Program-made: the position numbers and the translations under genes
Assembly (NCBI GenBank): GCA_963774955.1
Contig: CAVZGV010000006.1
Coordinates: forward strand, 90,855-154,854
DNA: 64,000 bases
Reading direction: 5' to 3'
Source of the DNA: Candidatus Falkowbacteria bacterium
GTDB lineage: Bacteria > Patescibacteriota > Patescibacteriia > CAIXNZ01
Shown here: piece by piece, positions 60,678 to 64,000 of the stretch
Layout of the letters: every line of letters starts with the position of its first letter
How positions within the stretch are numbered: the stretch's first letter is position 1
The notes under the pieces: model-generated
Database searches by the model: none
What the model was told of the DNA's origin: nothing
Seen by the model: the letters and a program-made list of their open reading frames with translations, nothing else

Positions 60678-61340
60678 ATGGCGGATGAACTGATGGTGCG
60701 GCAATTGTCTGAATTGGCCAAAACCAAAAAGGTCACCTTGACGGTCATGGTTCTGGACAAATCAGGGTCCATGGCCAATTTCGGCACTGCCCCGATGGAC
60801 ATGGTCAATGAGATTATCAGCAAACTCAAAGCTGAAAATAATGACCAAAACGAATACTATTTCGGACTGGTCAGTTTCGCAGACATGATGAAACTCGAAA
60901 TCCCCATTAACAAAGTTGACCAAATCGACCCATTGCTGAGTTACAACCCCGACGGCAACACCCAGCTCTATAAGACGGCGAGAAACGTCATTTCCTCCCT
61001 GCTGAATCTGGTGCATGATCTGCCCGAGGAACTACAAAGCAACATTAAGGTCGTAGTCGGCGTCGTCTCTGACGGAATGGACAATCGCTCGCCCCGCGAC
61101 CGATATCCCGAGAAACTCCAGCAGACCAGCAAACGAGCCCTGAAACACGGGTTTGAACTACTGGCCTACGGTATCGGCATCGATGCCACTCGTCTGGCTT
61201 ATGCTATGGGATTCCTCGAAGCCAAGGGATTTACCCTTTCGGGGCAGGCCAGAAGCTTCGTAGATGTGGGCGCCTCAGTGTGCGAATTCTCCACCTGCGG
61301 AGGATGGAGAAAAAATTCCACCCCGCCCAGCAATCCGTAA
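60678..61340 (+). CDS. von Willebrand factor A domain protein
   Basis: MIDAS motif LDKSGSM, GNTQLY, VSDGMDNRS. Confidence 0.85.
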   Translation: MADELMVRQLSELAKTKKVTLTVMVLDKSGSMANFGTAPMDMVNEIISKLKAENNDQNEYYFGLVSFADMMKLEIPINKVDQIDPLLSYNPDGNTQLYKTARNVISSLLNLVHDLPEELQSNIKVVVGVVSDGMDNRSPRDRYPEKLQQTSKRALKHGFELLAYGIGIDATRLAYAMGFLEAKGFTLSGQARSFVDVGASVCEFSTCGGWRKNSTPPSNP

Positions 61341-61507
61341 TCAAACACAAAAGGGCCGATGGTTTTACCATCAGGCCCTTTTTTTATATTATCAGTAAAT
61401 ATCTTGACATTTGCCATAAAAGATATTACAATACAGCTAATATACAAATTTAATTGATTTTGCTATAATTAGCTTAACCAAAACATGGTTATTTTTTATT
61501 TAAACAT

Positions 61508-61581
61508 CGCGGGGTAGAGCAGTCTGGCAGCTCGTCGGGCCCATAACCCGAAGGTCGTTGGTTCAAATCCAACCCCCGCAA
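61508..61581 (+). tRNA. Initiator tRNA-Met(CAT)
   Basis: C1:A72 mismatch, three G-C pairs in the anticodon stem, loop CCCATAA. Confidence 0.95.
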
Positions 61582-61587
61582 CAAGAC

Positions 61588-61633
61588 GACTTAGTAGCTC
61601 CCGCCTACGCTCCGGCTTCGGCGGGCAGGCAGT
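61588..61633 (+). pseudogene. tRNA-Lys-like 5' fragment with a palindromic insertion
   Basis: GACTTAGTAGCTC-[CCGCCTACGCTCCGGCTTCGGCGGGCAGGC]-AGT versus the intact GACTCGGTAGCTCAGT. Confidence 0.6.
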
Positions 61634-61716
61634 ACTGGAAGAAAAGATTTGAAAGAACGGCCTACCGACTTCGCTAGTAACTTTAAAAATAAAATTTAAT
61701 AGATTTTACAATACAT

Positions 61717-61789
61717 GACTCGGTAGCTCAGTCGGTAGAGCAACTGCCTTTTAAGCAGTGGGTCCCGGGTTCGAGCCCCGGCCGGGTCA
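61717..61789 (+). tRNA. tRNA-Lys(TTT)
   Basis: GACTCGG/CCGGGTC acceptor stem, ACTGC-CTTTTAA-GCAGT, GGTTCGAGCCC. Confidence 0.95.
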
Positions 61790-61796
61790 CAAAAAT

Positions 61797-61893
61797 AAAA
61801 AAGACAAACCGTCATCCAGAGCGGAGCGAAGAATCCAGGACTTCATGGATTCCACGCCTTGCTCTGAATGACTTACAGACGGTTTGTCTTTTT
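61797..61893. repeat. Long palindromic element, copy 3
   Basis: AAAAAGACAAACCGTCATCCAGAGCGGAGCGAAGAATCC...GGATTCCACGCCTTGCTCTGAATGACTTACAGACGGTTTGTCTTTTT. Confidence 0.85.
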
Positions 61894-61897
61894 TATT

Positions 61898-62533
61898 TTA
61901 TTTAACTTTTTCCTCAAACTCCAAAATATCCTTTTTTGTATTTAAAGGTTGCCAAAAACCTTCATGCTTATAGACTTTTAATTTCATTTTGGGAAAAACA
62001 TCATATTCCAGACTACCTTTAACAGGCAAGAGACTGATCAAATCGTCTTTTTTAAATAAGTACCAGCCGCAACTGACCCAATCATTCAAAATTGGTTTTT
62101 CAATGAACTTAGCCAAGCCGTCTTGTTCTTGGACCAAACCAAACGGTAACTGCGGGTGAGCCACGCAAATAGCATTCGGTCCCAGCGCTGCCAACAGTGT
62201 CAGATCAATATCCGTAATATCATCGCAATTTAAACACAGGACATTGTCAGATTGAACCGGCTCCAAAGCCTGACGCAAGGCACCGGCCGTGCCCAGCGGT
62301 TCTTTTTCAATCACAAATTCAATGGGATAATCGGGATAATTTACTTTTACATACTCGATTATCTCATCAGCCTTATAGCCTAAAGACAAAACTATTTTTG
62401 CTAACTTTTTGGTACCAAGCAACCAATCCAGCTGATGTCCTAAAATCGCCTTGTCCTTAACTTTGACCAGTGATTTGGGCAAAACATCTTCCATGCGATT
62501 GCCTTTGCCACCGGCTAAAATAATAGCTTCCAT
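61898..62533 (-). CDS. Sugar-phosphate nucleotidyltransferase (NTP_transferase family)
   Basis: AIILAGGKGNRM..LPKSL, EKEPLGTAGAL, LNCDD, FIEKP. Confidence 0.88.
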   Translation of the reverse strand: MEAIILAGGKGNRMEDVLPKSLVKVKDKAILGHQLDWLLGTKKLAKIVLSLGYKADEIIEYVKVNYPDYPIEFVIEKEPLGTAGALRQALEPVQSDNVLCLNCDDITDIDLTLLAALGPNAICVAHPQLPFGLVQEQDGLAKFIEKPILNDWVSCGWYLFKKDDLISLLPVKGSLEYDVFPKMKLKVYKHEGFWQPLNTKKDILEFEEKVK

Positions 62534-62535
62534 AA

Positions 62536-62935
62536 TTATTGGACTTCATTTACCTTCCACGTTTCTACAATCTCCTTCAACAAAGTAGAGGCTATCTTGC
62601 GGTCAATTGCGCCGGCTACTTTTTCAACTTCAGCCCACTTAGTCAATAACTTTTGGGAAAATTCCACTTTTTGGTCAACAGGCGCCGCTTCATACTGCTG
62701 ATACAGCCTTTTTCTTTCCATCATTAAATTATGCATCCGCATTAATAATACCGGAATTTCCCTATCCCCTTGGGCCAAATTTTCCTCAATCACCTCTCGT
62801 AACCCCTCCCTCTTTTGCTGCGGGAAAATCTTCTAAAAGCTGATTTAAAATCTCTTCATCTGTTCTGCCTTCAACTTCAATCGGTTTCTTTTCCGGTTGC
62901 TGGCCGAAACCGCTTTCCATATTTTGCATTTCCAT
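62536..62935 (-). CDS. Hypothetical protein with a frameshift at ~62822
   Basis: MEMQNMESGFGQQPEKKPIEVEGRTDEEILNQLLEDF from ATG 62935 joins PQQKREGLREVIEENL... if one C is removed. Confidence 0.6.
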
Positions 62936-62959
62936 ATATGTTCAAATTAATATTTAATA

Positions 62960-64000
62960 TTATAATTTATAAACCGGTGGTATCGGCTTAATAAAATTCT
63001 GCGCCCAGGTATACGTATAGGCGCCCTGGTTAGGTATGATTATTATATCACCTTCTTTCATTTTCTTAGCATAGCAATAATTGCCCCAGGAATCTTCAGG
63101 CAAACACAAGGTCCCCTGCAAAAGTACTTTAATTTCCTTAAATGCCGGCCGGGTCAAATTTATAACCGGATAATAATTGGTCTGATAATACTCCCAGCCT
63201 GCCATATTTATACCACCGTCCAATATTACCATATCCTCAGCCTTAACATCAACTACTTTCATCACCAGATGCATGGCTTTAGTGGAAATAATACGGCCCG
63301 GTTCGAAAAAATAATGGCAATTAACCAGCGGTTTCAAATAACGATTAATTGACCAGCTGATTGTGTCAACATAATCTTTCAAAGTCGGCGGTTTAAAAAT
63401 ATAATACTTTGCTGTAAAATTTGGATTTTGGTTATAAAAATCAGCCGCAGTTTTAATCACATCGCCTTGCGGCATGTCCCAGGGATAATAGCCGTCAACC
63501 AAGCGCGGACAAAATCCGCCGCCCAGATCAATAAATTTAATTTCTGTTAATTCTTCTTTACTAAAATTATAACGCAGATATTTTCCTAAAAGTTTAATCA
63601 AATCATGATAAGGCTTTTCCGTTTCATTCAAACTCATATGACATTGGATGCCTTCAAGTTTTATCCGTGGGTATTTTCTGGCCAAGCGCCAAAATTCATT
63701 TAACTCTTTCAAATCAATGCCGAATTTGCGCCAGCTACCGTGCAATTTAGTATGAACCCTGACTCCTGCCCTGATTTTTTCACCGTGTTTCAAAAGTTCT
63801 CCCAGCCGCTTTAATTCACCGAAACTGTCCAGCTGAATTAAAACTTTATGTCTATGCTTAATTGCCAGCTTAAGTTCAGCCGGTGTTTTACCCGGTCCGG
63901 AAAAAATAATATGTTTAGCTTTAGTTGCCAACGCTAGCTGCAATTCCCTGCCGCTGGAAACGTCCAGACCCAAACCGTTTTTAACAACTCCCTTTAAAAC
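62960..64000 (-). CDS. Fold-type III PLP decarboxylase (diaminopimelate/ornithine decarboxylase family), 5' end outside the window
   Basis: GLDVSSGREL, FSGPGKT, KFG, IDLGGGF, EPGR, G.LCLPED, GAY. Confidence 0.85.
   Translation of the reverse strand, partial: VLKGVVKNGLGLDVSSGRELQLALATKAKHIIFSGPGKTPAELKLAIKHRHKVLIQLDSFGELKRLGELLKHGEKIRAGVRVHTKLHGSWRKFGIDLKELNEFWRLARKYPRIKLEGIQCHMSLNETEKPYHDLIKLLGKYLRYNFSKEELTEIKFIDLGGGFCPRLVDGYYPWDMPQGDVIKTAADFYNQNPNFTAKYYIFKPPTLKDYVDTISWSINRYLKPLVNCHYFFEPGRIISTKAMHLVMKVVDVKAEDMVILDGGINMAGWEYYQTNYYPVINLTRPAFKEIKVLLQGTLCLPEDSWGNYCYAKKMKEGDIIIIPNQGAYTYTWAQNFIKPIPPVYKL

Overview
This is an AT-rich bacterial chromosome segment read in genetic code 11. Gene content and style point to a Patescibacteria (CPR, probably Parcubacteria/ABY1-like) genome; that assignment is inferred, not tested. 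Housekeeping genes: gyrB, secE-nusG-rplK-rplA, a dTTP-synthesis cluster (dCMP deaminase, NMP kinase, multidomain thymidylate synthase, two thymidylate kinases), gatB, miaA, miaB, thrS with a T-box, dnaE, guaA, lexA, ftsEX, a ftsB-like gene, thiI, murE and five tRNAs (Gln, Gly, Thr, fMet, Lys). Between them lie many self-contained accessory genes, each with its own promoter, GGAGG site and terminator. There is one intact IS256-like element that splits a zinc-finger gene, and several families of short palindromic or heptamer repeats. The most unusual signals are: (1) tRNA fragments beside intact tRNAs, each interrupted at an equivalent position by a palindromic repeat; (2) a thrS T-box with an apparently ultra-short Stem I and repeats inserted in it; (3) a four-helix-bundle gene flanked by heptamer repeats inside the LexA-controlled lexA leader, with related heptamer runs elsewhere, including in frame inside miaB; (4) a candidate ~100-nt sRNA; (5) a leader-peptide attenuator before an ABC exporter; (6) an AftA-like arabinofuranosyltransferase. 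Five single-base frameshifts in short G/C runs look like assembly errors. No CRISPR array, rRNA or prophage structural genes were seen. All calls come from reading motifs by eye; no database searches were run.
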